NCBI GenBank assembly: GCA_030646035.1
Contig: JAUSMY010000046.1
Location: 73,072 to 137,071, forward strand
DNA: 64,000 bases
From: Thermodesulfovibrionia bacterium
Lineage (GTDB): Bacteria; Nitrospirota; Thermodesulfovibrionia; UBA6902
Direction of reading: 5' to 3'
Below are positions 30,502 to 39,949 of this stretch, one piece after another. Numbering within the stretch: the first letter of the stretch is position 1; each line of letters begins with the position of its first letter. The notes below the pieces were generated by a model. That model worked only from the letters and a program-made list of their open reading frames with translations. It did no database searches and was not told the origin of the DNA. Both the position numbers and the translations under genes were made by a program.

Positions 30502-31875
30502 ATGGGTTACATGAGGCTGATATTTACATTTATTATTGCTGTTACGGTATTGTTTGTTTCAGGCTGTAATACTTCCACACAGCCGCCCGAAAAATCGCGC
30601 AAGCCCATTGATACGACAGTATCAAGAAAGCTGTCGGTTGTTTCAGCAGCATTTTTATCCCCGGAAATGGAGCAGGCGCGCCAAGAGACGCATAATTCTA
30701 CGATCGAATTTACAAAGGACGGTTCAGGAGTTGTTTATATTGAACCTGTTAAGGATAAATTCCGTGTAGTTCATAACGGCAAAACCGGCAATCCGTATCT
30801 TGCCATTAGTGAGTTGAGCATCAGCAGTGACGGAAAGCGGGTTGCTTACGTTGCACGCATTTCTGATAGTACCTACAAGATGGTTATTGATAGTAAGGAG
30901 GGACTTCCATTTGGTGCAAATGACAACCACTGGTTTACTCCTGACGGTAAGCATCATCTGTCAACTGTTACTGAAGGCGATAACAGATATATTGTCATTG
31001 ACAATAAGGTCAACCATGATTATCGAATGGAGCAAGGTCTTGTCATAAGCCCTGATTCCAGCGCCCTTGCTTTTTCCATCAAGTCTCCTGATGGCAACAG
31101 TAAACAACTTATCATCACAGATATTGAATTAAAGAATAAGAAGGTATTCGATTCCTGCGGAGAGTATATCGTTCCTAATGATGACACCTCACTGCTTGCG
31201 GTTGTTTGTTCCGAAGGTGGTAAAGGCAGCGTTAAGGTAATAGATTTTTTGAATCGCACCGTTATTTCTGACAGCAAATATGATGGGACTATAACTCATT
31301 TGAGGTTTTCCCCGGATAATCGTTCGTGGGCATATACCTATTTCAAAAGCGAAAAACAGAGATACATTGTCTGCAATGGCAGGGAAGAACAGATCCCGGT
31401 GGGAGATGAATTTTTATCAGAGCCGTTAGTATTGTCTGATCCGGAATCTGTCGGCGTCATTATCGGCGATGTTTTTGAGGCACGCCTCCATCGCGCATTT
31501 CAGAAGCAGAATAAAGATGGAAAAGGTTACGGCTACACATCAGATTTTGTCAGCAGCAAAGACAGGCGTCATTATGCGTTTATTGCGGTTAATCATAATG
31601 AAGAGCGGCAGTATATTGTTGTGGATGGGAATGAAGGCATAAAGTTTGACAAGATAGTTTCACCGGTCTTCAGCCCTGATGGTAAATTTCTTGTGTATCG
31701 CGCGAGACAATCGGGAAAGCGGTTTATTGTCATATCTGACCTGAACGGGAAAATTATACGCCAGCATCGGTATTACGACATGGTTTTTCAACCGATTTTT
31801 GTTGATGACGGAAAATCTGTAGCCTATATTGTCCTTGATGGCAATGAGTTCTGGTGGAAAGTTGAAAAGTTGTAG
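30502..31875 (+). CDS. lipoprotein with WD40/PD40-like beta-propeller repeats
   Basis: The lipobox is LFVSGC. Repeated F(S/T)PDG(K/R)...(Y/F) blades are present (FSPDNRSWAYTY, FSPDGKFLVYRAR). Confidence 0.6.
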   Translation: MGYMRLIFTFIIAVTVLFVSGCNTSTQPPEKSRKPIDTTVSRKLSVVSAAFLSPEMEQARQETHNSTIEFTKDGSGVVYIEPVKDKFRVVHNGKTGNPYLAISELSISSDGKRVAYVARISDSTYKMVIDSKEGLPFGANDNHWFTPDGKHHLSTVTEGDNRYIVIDNKVNHDYRMEQGLVISPDSSALAFSIKSPDGNSKQLIITDIELKNKKVFDSCGEYIVPNDDTSLLAVVCSEGGKGSVKVIDFLNRTVISDSKYDGTITHLRFSPDNRSWAYTYFKSEKQRYIVCNGREEQIPVGDEFLSEPLVLSDPESVGVIIGDVFEARLHRAFQKQNKDGKGYGYTSDFVSSKDRRHYAFIAVNHNEERQYIVVDGNEGIKFDKIVSPVFSPDGKFLVYRARQSGKRFIVISDLNGKIIRQHRYYDMVFQPIFVDDGKSVAYIVLDGNEFWWKVEKL

Positions 31876-31898
31876 GCTGGTTACCTAATGTAGTTTTG

Positions 31899-32256
31899 TC
31901 ATTCCTGCGGTCTTTTGAGCAGGAATCCAGAATATTATATGAAGGATTTCTATGTATATATTCTTTCCAATAAGAGAAATGGCACATTGTATACAGGTAT
32001 AACTTCTGACCTTATTAAACGAGTTTATGAGCATAAGAATAATCTTGTTGATGGATTTACCAAAAAACATAATATTCACCGATTAATATGGTATGAAAAC
32101 CATAAATCACCAGAAGCAGCTATCACCAGAGAAAAGCAGATAAAGAAATGGAAAAGGATCTGGAAATTGGAACTTATTGAAAAAGAGAATCCTGAATGGA
32201 ATGATTTATATGAAAACATTTTATTATAACTGGATTCCTGCTTTCGCAGGAATGAC
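31899..32256. mobile_element. putative GIY-YIG mini-element bounded by inverted palindromic ends
   Basis: The left end is gtcattcctgcgg...gcaggaatccag (31899-31930). The right end is ctggattcctgc...gcaggaatgac (32230-32256). The right end is the reverse complement of the left, and each end is itself a hairpin. The only cargo is the GIY-YIG gene. Confidence 0.45.
31939..32229 (+). CDS. GIY-YIG nuclease superfamily protein (YhbQ/UPF0213-like, 96 aa)
   Basis: The protein begins MKDFYVYILSNKRNGTLYTGITSDLIKRVYEHK, a canonical GIY...YTG GIY-YIG core. The ORF-track start at 31915 falls inside the upstream hairpin, so ATG 31939 is preferred. Confidence 0.8.
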   Translation: MKDFYVYILSNKRNGTLYTGITSDLIKRVYEHKNNLVDGFTKKHNIHRLIWYENHKSPEAAITREKQIKKWKRIWKLELIEKENPEWNDLYENILL

Positions 32257-32259
32257 GGC

Positions 32260-33342
32260 ATGACCATACTAAACAATATATATAAATTCCTCTCATCCTA
32301 TAAGCTGGCTATGGCGCTTCTGGTCATTATTCTTGCCTGCTGCCTGTCAGGGGTTACGATATGGCGCGGCGCTGAAGCATGGATGCTGATATTTAATTCG
32401 CTCTGGTTTAACGGACTTCTGTTTCTGCTGGTTATCAATGTAGCCTGCTGCTTTTTTGGCAGGATCTGGGGACGGCGGGTGACGGTCATTTCCTTCGGGA
32501 TGATCCTGTTTCACTTAAGCTTTGTCTGTATGTTCCTTGCTATTGTCTACAATACCCTGTTCTGTTTTCGTGGGGACATCAGGTTAACTGAAGGCGAATC
32601 AATCCCCAGCGGTGACTTGCAAAGTTATGATAGTGTCGAAAAAGGGCTTTTTTTCAATTTTTCGCAACTCCGTGGAGAAACATCTCTTATTAAAATGCAC
32701 GCTGATTATAAAGTTTCGGGAAACGATAAACGCGCTGCCTATGAAATATCAGTTGGAGAAGAGAACAACAAAAAGCAGGGAATTATTTACATAACTCATA
32801 AATTGACCCATCGAGGTTTCGATTATTTTAACGATAAAGAAGGATATTCTTTACTAATAATGCTCTCTGACAAAAGGGGGCAGGATCTGTATGGAGCGCA
32901 TGTCCCACTGCAGAGCATAGTGTTAGGGAAAGACATGTTTGAGTATTCTACCGGCTTCAAAGTTGAAGGTAAGGTCAAGAAGGATGTTATCCCGTTTCCT
33001 GCTCCTCCGGAAACGATCTTTGCCTTGAAGACCGAGTATATTCCATCGAAGGTCAAAGAGCGTGCAGGGGATGTTCACTACCTTCTATATCCACTTAATG
33101 AAGTAGGCCTTCCTAATCTTGACAAGCCGTTAGCAGAAGGCATGGCAGCTATCGGCGAATCATTTGCTGCCGGAGAGTATTTTCTGACAGTCAAAGAGGT
33201 GCGTTACTGGGTTGGTATGAAGGTAAGCTATGAACCGGGCAAGCCGATCGTGCTGACATCCCTCTGGGTTGCTTTGGCAGGGATGATAATTACGACTGTC
33301 GGCAGGATGGTGCGGAGAAAAGGCCCGGTCACTTCCCGTTGA
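32260..33342 (+). CDS. ccsB: cytochrome c biogenesis system II protein CcsB/ResB-like
   Basis: The N-terminus KFLSSYKLAMALLVIILACCLSGVTIW...LWFNGLLFLLVINVACC matches the ResB N-terminal TM pair. The large periplasmic domain, C-terminal TM and pairing with ccsA at 37513 support the call. Confidence 0.65.
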   Translation: MTILNNIYKFLSSYKLAMALLVIILACCLSGVTIWRGAEAWMLIFNSLWFNGLLFLLVINVACCFFGRIWGRRVTVISFGMILFHLSFVCMFLAIVYNTLFCFRGDIRLTEGESIPSGDLQSYDSVEKGLFFNFSQLRGETSLIKMHADYKVSGNDKRAAYEISVGEENNKKQGIIYITHKLTHRGFDYFNDKEGYSLLIMLSDKRGQDLYGAHVPLQSIVLGKDMFEYSTGFKVEGKVKKDVIPFPAPPETIFALKTEYIPSKVKERAGDVHYLLYPLNEVGLPNLDKPLAEGMAAIGESFAAGEYFLTVKEVRYWVGMKVSYEPGKPIVLTSLWVALAGMIITTVGRMVRRKGPVTSR

Positions 33343-33898
33343 TGATCAACACGAGATCCGTTGACAGCTGCCCGGACTTTATGAAGCCGTCTATCCTGGA
33401 ATCTTCTTTTTGAGTCCACACTCCCGGCTCAATAACCACCAGTGCCTTCTCCTGCCCGGGGATATATTTTGAGAGAGGCATGACGTGTACGCGTCCTCCC
33501 TCATGTAAAAAAATATATCCGGTATCAGTAGCAATAAGCGGTACAATTAACTCTTGCCTTGCCATTATCTCTAATACAACTTCAGACCAAAATATATCTG
33601 GAACGATATGGTAGGCTGTTCTCACGATGCCATGACGCATGGCTCTGTCAAGGTAGTCCGTTTCCGGAATAGCAATGCCTGAAAATTGCCTGTTCAGGTG
33701 ACGGGTAAAGAGAACCGCTACTCTGCCATGAACACCGGATGAGTGCCAAATACTGTCAATATCCTCTGCTGATTTGACCGCAACCGTCTTGTCAGGAATG
33801 ATAAATGACCTTTTAGCTGGCCCATATGTAAAAGTCCATACAAGCACGCAGAAGAAGAACAGCATAATTGCCGTTATGCTCAAGTTTCGAAAAGGCAT
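33329..33898 (-). CDS. membrane-anchored hypothetical protein (189 aa)
   Basis: There is an N-terminal TM (ITAIMLFFFCVLVWTF). The gene is translationally coupled to the upstream GT39 gene and has no recognisable motif. Confidence 0.45.
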   Translation of the reverse strand: MPFRNLSITAIMLFFFCVLVWTFTYGPAKRSFIIPDKTVAVKSAEDIDSIWHSSGVHGRVAVLFTRHLNRQFSGIAIPETDYLDRAMRHGIVRTAYHIVPDIFWSEVVLEIMARQELIVPLIATDTGYIFLHEGGRVHVMPLSKYIPGQEKALVVIEPGVWTQKEDSRIDGFIKSGQLSTDLVLIINGK

Positions 33899-35160
33899 CA
33901 GAAGTTACCCATATATCTGACCATGGAAAGTATGGGACGAAAGGGGACAAGGGGAACGAGCCGCGCCGAAACAAGGGGGAACATGTATACTCCCCAGATG
34001 AGTGTGGCTGAGAGGAAACATGTGTAGACCACGATTTCTTTTTTCATCTTTATGGCGCATAGTGTCACTGCCCGGGCAAGTGCAAGATAGGCAAAGGGAA
34101 GCAAAGCTATAGAAGAATAACTGAACATAGGACGCTGCGCCACGAGTACCAGCAGATAGCAACTACCAAACAGCAATGGCGTAAGCAGTTCCCGTGACAA
34201 ATGTTTTTTCCACGCATAGACGGATGCGGCGAATAATGACGGCAGGACGAGCAAGCGAAACGGTGGATTATTGGATTGCAGCAGAAAGACCCCTTCCTCA
34301 TTGTTCAGCAGCCTCTGGTGCCCCCAAAACATCGGCTTGATGAACCATTCCCACGGTTTACCTCCGGCCTCCAGAAAGGCATTGTTGACAAAAGTGCTCA
34401 TACGCTGCAATCCCCAGACTGCATCCATCTTCATCTGAATGAATTCAAAAAACGTATAGCCACGGCCAAACCACTGGGAGTAGGACAGGAGGTAGACGGC
34501 AAAAGGCAATAACAGGAGCGAAACTGTAAAATCTGTAATGACCGGGCGGGTCAGTTCTCCACGTTGGCGAATTCTATACAATGCGTACATCACCACCAGC
34601 GGGATCGCAAAGACAAAATAGGCCTTAAGAGCCATAGTCAGTCCCATGGCGATACCTGCCAGCGGCAGGACTGGCCGTTTGTTTTCAGTATATTCAAGCA
34701 GTAGATACAGATAGAGCAAAAAGAAAAAAGTAACCGGTATTTCCATGAACGTAGTGCGGGAAAGATAGATATGGTACGGATCAAACGCAAGCAGTGCGGT
34801 GGAGATGAGTGGAACTGCGCTGCCGGGATATAGCAGGCTCCCAATCAGAAAGATCAAGGCAACAGAGGCTGTCCCGAAGAATATATTGCTGCTCCGCCAA
34901 CCGACAGGGTTATCGCCAAAAATTAGAATGGTGCCATACATGATCAGGCCGCTCAACTGGGGGTGCTGCCAGTTCCAGTTGTCGGTTGTGCCATATGTGC
35001 CCAGGCTTATCGCATTCGGCACGTGGATGGCCTCATCTTCGATATATTCGTTCAGTTCAAAAGCCCCCCACAATCTTAAAACAGCAGCCAGGATCAGGAT
35101 CAGCAGGGCAAGTTTCCAACTGTTTACAAATAGTGAATCGTTCGAGAGTGCTTTATTCAT
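33898..35160 (-). CDS. GT-C fold glycosyltransferase, family 39/83-like (PMT/ArnT-type, polyprenol-phosphate-sugar dependent)
   Basis: The protein is 420 aa with about 10 TMs. The first periplasmic loop carries the DE motif (NEYIEDEAIHVPNA) characteristic of PMT/ArnT enzymes. It overlaps the GT2 gene by 4 nt. Confidence 0.65.
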   Translation of the reverse strand: MNKALSNDSLFVNSWKLALLILILAAVLRLWGAFELNEYIEDEAIHVPNAISLGTYGTTDNWNWQHPQLSGLIMYGTILIFGDNPVGWRSSNIFFGTASVALIFLIGSLLYPGSAVPLISTALLAFDPYHIYLSRTTFMEIPVTFFFLLYLYLLLEYTENKRPVLPLAGIAMGLTMALKAYFVFAIPLVVMYALYRIRQRGELTRPVITDFTVSLLLLPFAVYLLSYSQWFGRGYTFFEFIQMKMDAVWGLQRMSTFVNNAFLEAGGKPWEWFIKPMFWGHQRLLNNEEGVFLLQSNNPPFRLLVLPSLFAASVYAWKKHLSRELLTPLLFGSCYLLVLVAQRPMFSYSSIALLPFAYLALARAVTLCAIKMKKEIVVYTCFLSATLIWGVYMFPLVSARLVPLVPFRPILSMVRYMGNF

Positions 35161-35897
35161 TGTTCAGATGCAGTGCCGCTGTTTTTTACATCCGGCTTTA
35201 TGATGTGTTTTAAAATATTTATTACATACCGTAACCATACTCTGGTTACGCGCACTTTAGTCTCTCCTCCCTTACGGCGGTATTCGTGGCTGGCGACATT
35301 GATGACACGGTAGCCTCTTGCCAGCGCCTTCATCGTCATCTCCTGCTCTATGGTGGTGCTGTCCTCTCTCATATTGAGGGCTTGCCCTATATCACGAACC
35401 ACCGCGCGAAAGCCGTTCTGGGTATCACTCAAACGCGATTTCCATCGATAATTGATGGCAAGGTTAATGATCATGCTGCCGGTCAGGCGGATAAATTCTT
35501 TGGCATCTGAAAATAGTTCGTCGCTGCCGCCGGTCATGCGACAACCGATGACGATGTCTGCCTGACCGTTACGTATCGGTTCAATTAATTTTGGTATGTC
35601 GGATGCCTCGTGGGACCCGTCTGCATCGATAAAGACCACGATCGGATGGGAGGCAACCTGAAGACCTTGGCGTAGAGCCGCGCCTTTTCCTCTGCCATTA
35701 TCACAGATAACGGTTACTCCCATATCCTCAGCGATCTGTCTTGTCTGGTCGATGGAGTTGCCGTCTATTACCAATAGTTCATCGGCGTAGTTCCTGACGT
35801 CGTTCAGCACCTGTCTGATAGTAGCCTCTTCATTCAGGGCAGGCACAATGACAGTGACCTTCCACGCGCTACGGTTGCTTATAGTTGTTACATCCAT
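35157..35897 (-). CDS. GT2 glycosyltransferase (polyprenol-phosphate sugar synthase, DPM1/ArnC-like)
   Basis: The sequence VIVPALNEEATIRQVL...LLVIDGNSIDQT...VFIDADGSH carries the GT-A DxD-type signature. Confidence 0.85.
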   Translation of the reverse strand: MDVTTISNRSAWKVTVIVPALNEEATIRQVLNDVRNYADELLVIDGNSIDQTRQIAEDMGVTVICDNGRGKGAALRQGLQVASHPIVVFIDADGSHEASDIPKLIEPIRNGQADIVIGCRMTGGSDELFSDAKEFIRLTGSMIINLAINYRWKSRLSDTQNGFRAVVRDIGQALNMREDSTTIEQEMTMKALARGYRVINVASHEYRRKGGETKVRVTRVWLRYVINILKHIIKPDVKNSGTASEQ

Positions 35898-37378
35898 CGT
35901 ATGAATCCATAAAGTTTTGAGATCAGCGCCCAGATGTCGGAAGGGCGTTTAATATGGTTCTTCAGAGTGTTAATAATTCTTTTCGGGGTGAAATACCAGC
36001 GCAGCATGAGTCTGCGGCGGAGTTTCATGATCTCCCTGGCAGTCAGCTGCGGATAGTCAAGAACAGAGCTGTTGTGTTCCCATTGACTCCAATCTGCTGC
36101 GGATAGCCAACTGTTTTGTACGGCATCATTATAAAGCTGCGTCCCGGGATACGGCATTGCACAATAGTATTGCACAAAGTCGAGATTAAGGGAATTAATG
36201 AATTTAGAGGTAGTTGCAATTGTCGCATATGTGTCAGCAGGAAAGCCGATTATGACATGTCCTGTTACTTGCAATCCCGCTTTTTTTGCCAGGGTGACAG
36301 CGTGGCTGATCTGTTCAAGAGATGTCTGTTTGTTGATCTGGTTGAGAATGTTTTGATCGCCTGATTCTATCCCGAAGGCGATGTTCCAGCAGCCTGCATC
36401 TTTTATAGCCTTTAGTGTTTCGGCATCAACGGCATCAACCCGGCTATTGCAGACCCATTTGATTTGCAAGCCCGATCTGATGATAGCCTGACAGAGCTCC
36501 CTGACAAAATTCTTGTCAAGGATGAATTCCTCAGCCCAGAACATGAAGTTCGTGATCCCGAATCGTGTTACATTGTTATGCAGTTCCTGCATGATGCGAC
36601 CTGCACTGTGCCGGCGGGGAGTGCGGCCGTAGTAAACGTAGGCATTACAGAAGATACAGCGGTAGGGGCAACCCCGGTTTGTGTTGACGAGCAGGAACTT
36701 ATCGTTATTCAGGGGGAGACGGTAGTTTTCAGTATTGATGAAAGACCAATCTGGAACCGGCAGGTCGTCAAGATCCTTAATCGGTTCACGAGGTGCCGTT
36801 ACCACCAGCTGCTCTTTATCGTCAAGAAAGGCTATACCTGGTGTGCTGTGAAGTTTGTCTCCGCCAGCAAGTGCTTCAACAAGGTCACGGGCGGCGAATT
36901 CAGGTTCTCCGATGATGCAGTAGTCCACGCCGTTTTCTGCTTGCAGAATTTCTTTATATTGGCATGAGGGATGGATGCCGAAGAGAACAGTAGCTATGGA
37001 GTTAGGGCTCTCTTCTTTTATGCATGCCGCGGCATATATATCGTCCTCAATTGTGGGGGTGGACGTGTTAATAAAGACAATGTGCGGATCAAATGAACGG
37101 ACATTTGTCAGCATGGTGTGAACCGTGTCTGATGTCGCCGGGCAGTCCATAACATTGACTGTGTGTCCCCGTTCTCGCAGCAAGGTCGCTATGGTGACCA
37201 TGGTGACAGGCGCCATGATATAGCCCCAGGCACCTTTGCGCTGCATGCAACGCCCTTCCTTTACCATGACTATATTGTCTCGCCTAGGCGGGTTGAGTAT
37301 CAGGCAGTTCATGAGTACTGAAAATTGTTTTGCATACTTGACATTATCATAATCATGATGTTTGGCACAACCCGCCAT
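35888..37378 (-). CDS. cobalamin-binding (class B) radical SAM protein #1
   Basis: It has an N-terminal B12-binding domain (LILNPP...) and the CxxxCxxC motif NRGCPYRCIFC. The true start is probably the internal ATG at 37312 (MNCLILNPP). Confidence 0.85.
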   Translation of the reverse strand: MAGCAKHHDYDNVKYAKQFSVLMNCLILNPPRRDNIVMVKEGRCMQRKGAWGYIMAPVTMVTIATLLRERGHTVNVMDCPATSDTVHTMLTNVRSFDPHIVFINTSTPTIEDDIYAAACIKEESPNSIATVLFGIHPSCQYKEILQAENGVDYCIIGEPEFAARDLVEALAGGDKLHSTPGIAFLDDKEQLVVTAPREPIKDLDDLPVPDWSFINTENYRLPLNNDKFLLVNTNRGCPYRCIFCNAYVYYGRTPRRHSAGRIMQELHNNVTRFGITNFMFWAEEFILDKNFVRELCQAIIRSGLQIKWVCNSRVDAVDAETLKAIKDAGCWNIAFGIESGDQNILNQINKQTSLEQISHAVTLAKKAGLQVTGHVIIGFPADTYATIATTSKFINSLNLDFVQYYCAMPYPGTQLYNDAVQNSWLSAADWSQWEHNSSVLDYPQLTAREIMKLRRRLMLRWYFTPKRIINTLKNHIKRPSDIWALISKLYGFIRWM

Positions 37379-37512
37379 TTGAGCTGCCGGTATGCCTGAT
37401 AGGCTTGTGTCAAAATTGCCAGTGAACGCTTCAGCCTGTCTTGGAATTGTCTTAGTGTGCTTATTTGTGGTTTAATAAGAAATTAAATAAGTTATCTTTT
37501 TGAGGTGATCAA

Positions 37513-38337
37513 ATGAAGCTCGAATACATGTATTTTTGGATCGCTGTGGGACTCTACGGCGTTAGCGCATGCAGTTATATCTTCGGTCTTATTGCAAAGC
37601 AGGAGAAACTCTTCACATTCGGCCTGTATAGCGCCCTTGCCGGGTTTGTCCCTCATCTTGTTTCCATCGGACGCCGTTGGATGGAGACAGGGGTTGAACC
37701 GTTTATTACGATATCCGAGTCGATCACCTTCGGAATCTTCGTGGCGGTGCTTATCTTCCTGATATTTCAATTCACTACAAAAAAAATACGGCCTCTCGGC
37801 GTGCTTATCATGCCGGTAGCATTTGTCCTCATGGGATGGGCAGGGACACTTATCAAAGACGCGGCAACAAATCTTGTGCCTGCGCTTCAGAGTTGGTGGA
37901 TCTGGGTACATATAATAGGCGCGGCAACAGGCTTCGGTTCAGTTCTGGCAGCAGCGGGCTTGGGCTTGATGTATCTGCTCAAAGATAAATATTCCGGCGG
38001 CATATATGAACAACTGCCGGAGACTCAGATAATTGAAAATCTTAGTTACAGGTTTGTTGCCGGAGGTTTTATCATGTATGGTCTCATGATAGTATCCGGC
38101 GCCTTCTGGTCGAATACGGTGAAGGGCAGTTACTGGAACTGGGACCCGGTTGAGGTCTGGTCTCTTATCTCCTGGCTTACGTACGGGATATATCTCCATT
38201 TGCGGGCGACCTTCGGCTGGCGCGGCAGGAAGCTGGCGTGGTATGCGCTTATCGCGCTGGCAGCGATGATCATCAGTTACTGGGGAATTCCATTCACTGT
38301 GGAGACGTTTCATGCAGGGTTCCGTATTGAACACTAA
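37513..38337 (+). CDS. ccsA: cytochrome c-type biogenesis protein CcsA/ResC (heme export and ligation)
   Basis: The protein is 274 aa and polytopic. It carries the WWD-type motif GSYWNWDPVEVWSLISW and flanking His residues. Confidence 0.85.
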   Translation: MKLEYMYFWIAVGLYGVSACSYIFGLIAKQEKLFTFGLYSALAGFVPHLVSIGRRWMETGVEPFITISESITFGIFVAVLIFLIFQFTTKKIRPLGVLIMPVAFVLMGWAGTLIKDAATNLVPALQSWWIWVHIIGAATGFGSVLAAAGLGLMYLLKDKYSGGIYEQLPETQIIENLSYRFVAGGFIMYGLMIVSGAFWSNTVKGSYWNWDPVEVWSLISWLTYGIYLHLRATFGWRGRKLAWYALIALAAMIISYWGIPFTVETFHAGFRIEH

Positions 38338-38356
38338 AAAACAGACATAACTGATA

Positions 38357-38449
38357 ACCCCTCTGTATCTCCCCTTGTAAAGGGGCGAATTGTAAATCCC
38401 CTCTTTACCAAGGGGCCAACAGTAGGTGCTTTAAGCAGGGTAGGGGAGG
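38357..38449 (+). repeat. 93-bp structured intergenic repeat, copy 1
   Basis: cccctctgtatctccccttgtaaaggggcgaattgtaaatcccctctttaccaaggggccaacagtaggtgctttaagcagggtaggggagg. It has about 97% identity to copy 2 and contains the hairpin CCCCTT-GTAA-AGGGG and mutually exclusive alternative stems. Confidence 0.75.
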
Positions 38450-38502
38450 TTAATAATAATGTTAATGATATTAAATGAAAAGCTGATGGCTAATAGCTGC
38501 TA

Positions 38503-39849
38503 ATGAAATTAGCGATTATCTTCCCTCCGTTGCCTTTCGGCTGGACGCCTGTGGCGCCTCCGATACTTGAATATCTGGCAGCGCTTACACGTAGAGCTGA
38601 TCCGAGTATTGAGATCGAGCTGATCAGCGCCAGCGCCACTCCTGATGCCTTTGACAAGCTTGAGTGTGACCTCGCAGCCATCAGCATCCTGACTCCTACG
38701 GCAGTGCCGGGTTATCGAATCGCTGAGAAGCTTCGGGCGCGTGGAATTAAAGTTGTCTTCGGCAATATGCACGCTTCTGCCATGCCTGAGGAGGCCAAGC
38801 ATCATGGAGATGCGGTGGTGATAGGCGAGGCAGAATCTGTCTGGCCTGAGGTGCTGCGTGATTTCCGCGCCGGTAAGATGAAGCCGTTTTACCGTGGTGA
38901 ACAGATCTCTCTTGATGACCTGCCCACACCTCTTTACGGGCTTTTGCAAGGTAGCCGCAAACATCAATTCAGGATAGTGAATACATCCCGGGGCTGTCCG
39001 TACAACTGCACCTTTTGCTCGGTCAAACCCTTCTACGGCTCAAAGATACGTTTCCGTCCCATTGAACATGTGGTGCGCGATGTGGCTGCTATTCCTGAGA
39101 AGATGTATATAAACGGTGACGAGAACATCTGGTGGGCAGGCAAGGAGCAGAGGGCGATAGACCTCTTCACAGCGCTCAAGGGAAGCGGCAAGAAGTGGAT
39201 GGGCTTCGGCAGTCTCCGCCCTGTGCAGTCGCCTGCGGGGAAGCGAATGCTGAACGCGGCCCGTGAGAGTGGCATGCTATCTCTGTGGGTCGGTTGGGAT
39301 TCCATCTCAGACGAAGGGTTGAAGGGATATGCAGCCGACGGCAAGATCGGTGTTGACCGCGAGGCAGCGCTGCGCACTCTCAGGGATCATGGAATTGATG
39401 TGTCGCTGTTTTACATGCTTGGGTCGCGTGAGGATTCTCTTGATGATTTCAAGCGTTCCATAGAGGTTGCAGACCGGCTCGGAGTAAGCATGCATCCGTC
39501 ATTGGTTGTGCCTTATCCCGGGACAAAACTTCGTGAGCAGTATGAACCTTATCTTTATAAGGAGCTTGGCTGGGAATATTATACCGGCGCATACGCGCTT
39601 TTCGAGCATCCTGACCCCGCTATGACGCCTGAGGTGCGTGAGCAAAAGTTCTATGAAAGCGCGCTTGAAATTTTGAGCCTGCCGAGGGTGTTGCGCCATA
39701 TGTTCAAGGTTCCATTGGCCGGCTTTCCTCATGCCCACATCCTTTCACTCATGTCCCAAATACCTGTACGGCATGGCATGAAGATTGCGTATAATAAATG
39801 GAAAGATTCAAAAGAATCTGTAAATAAAAAGAGATTTAGTTACAGATAG
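38503..39849 (+). CDS. cobalamin-binding (class B) radical SAM protein #2
   Basis: The N-terminus MKLAIIFPPLP is a B12-domain start. The CxxxCxxC motif is TSRGCPYNCTFC. Confidence 0.85.
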   Translation: MKLAIIFPPLPFGWTPVAPPILEYLAALTRRADPSIEIELISASATPDAFDKLECDLAAISILTPTAVPGYRIAEKLRARGIKVVFGNMHASAMPEEAKHHGDAVVIGEAESVWPEVLRDFRAGKMKPFYRGEQISLDDLPTPLYGLLQGSRKHQFRIVNTSRGCPYNCTFCSVKPFYGSKIRFRPIEHVVRDVAAIPEKMYINGDENIWWAGKEQRAIDLFTALKGSGKKWMGFGSLRPVQSPAGKRMLNAARESGMLSLWVGWDSISDEGLKGYAADGKIGVDREAALRTLRDHGIDVSLFYMLGSREDSLDDFKRSIEVADRLGVSMHPSLVVPYPGTKLREQYEPYLYKELGWEYYTGAYALFEHPDPAMTPEVREQKFYESALEILSLPRVLRHMFKVPLAGFPHAHILSLMSQIPVRHGMKIAYNKWKDSKESVNKKRFSYR

Positions 39850-39949
39850 TAGGAATTGGCTTACAATTATGTAACAATTTTGTTGTTATGTATGACAGGT
39901 TTGTGTTCTAACTGAATTTATTGCCTTGGGAATTAAAGGAGAACCTATT

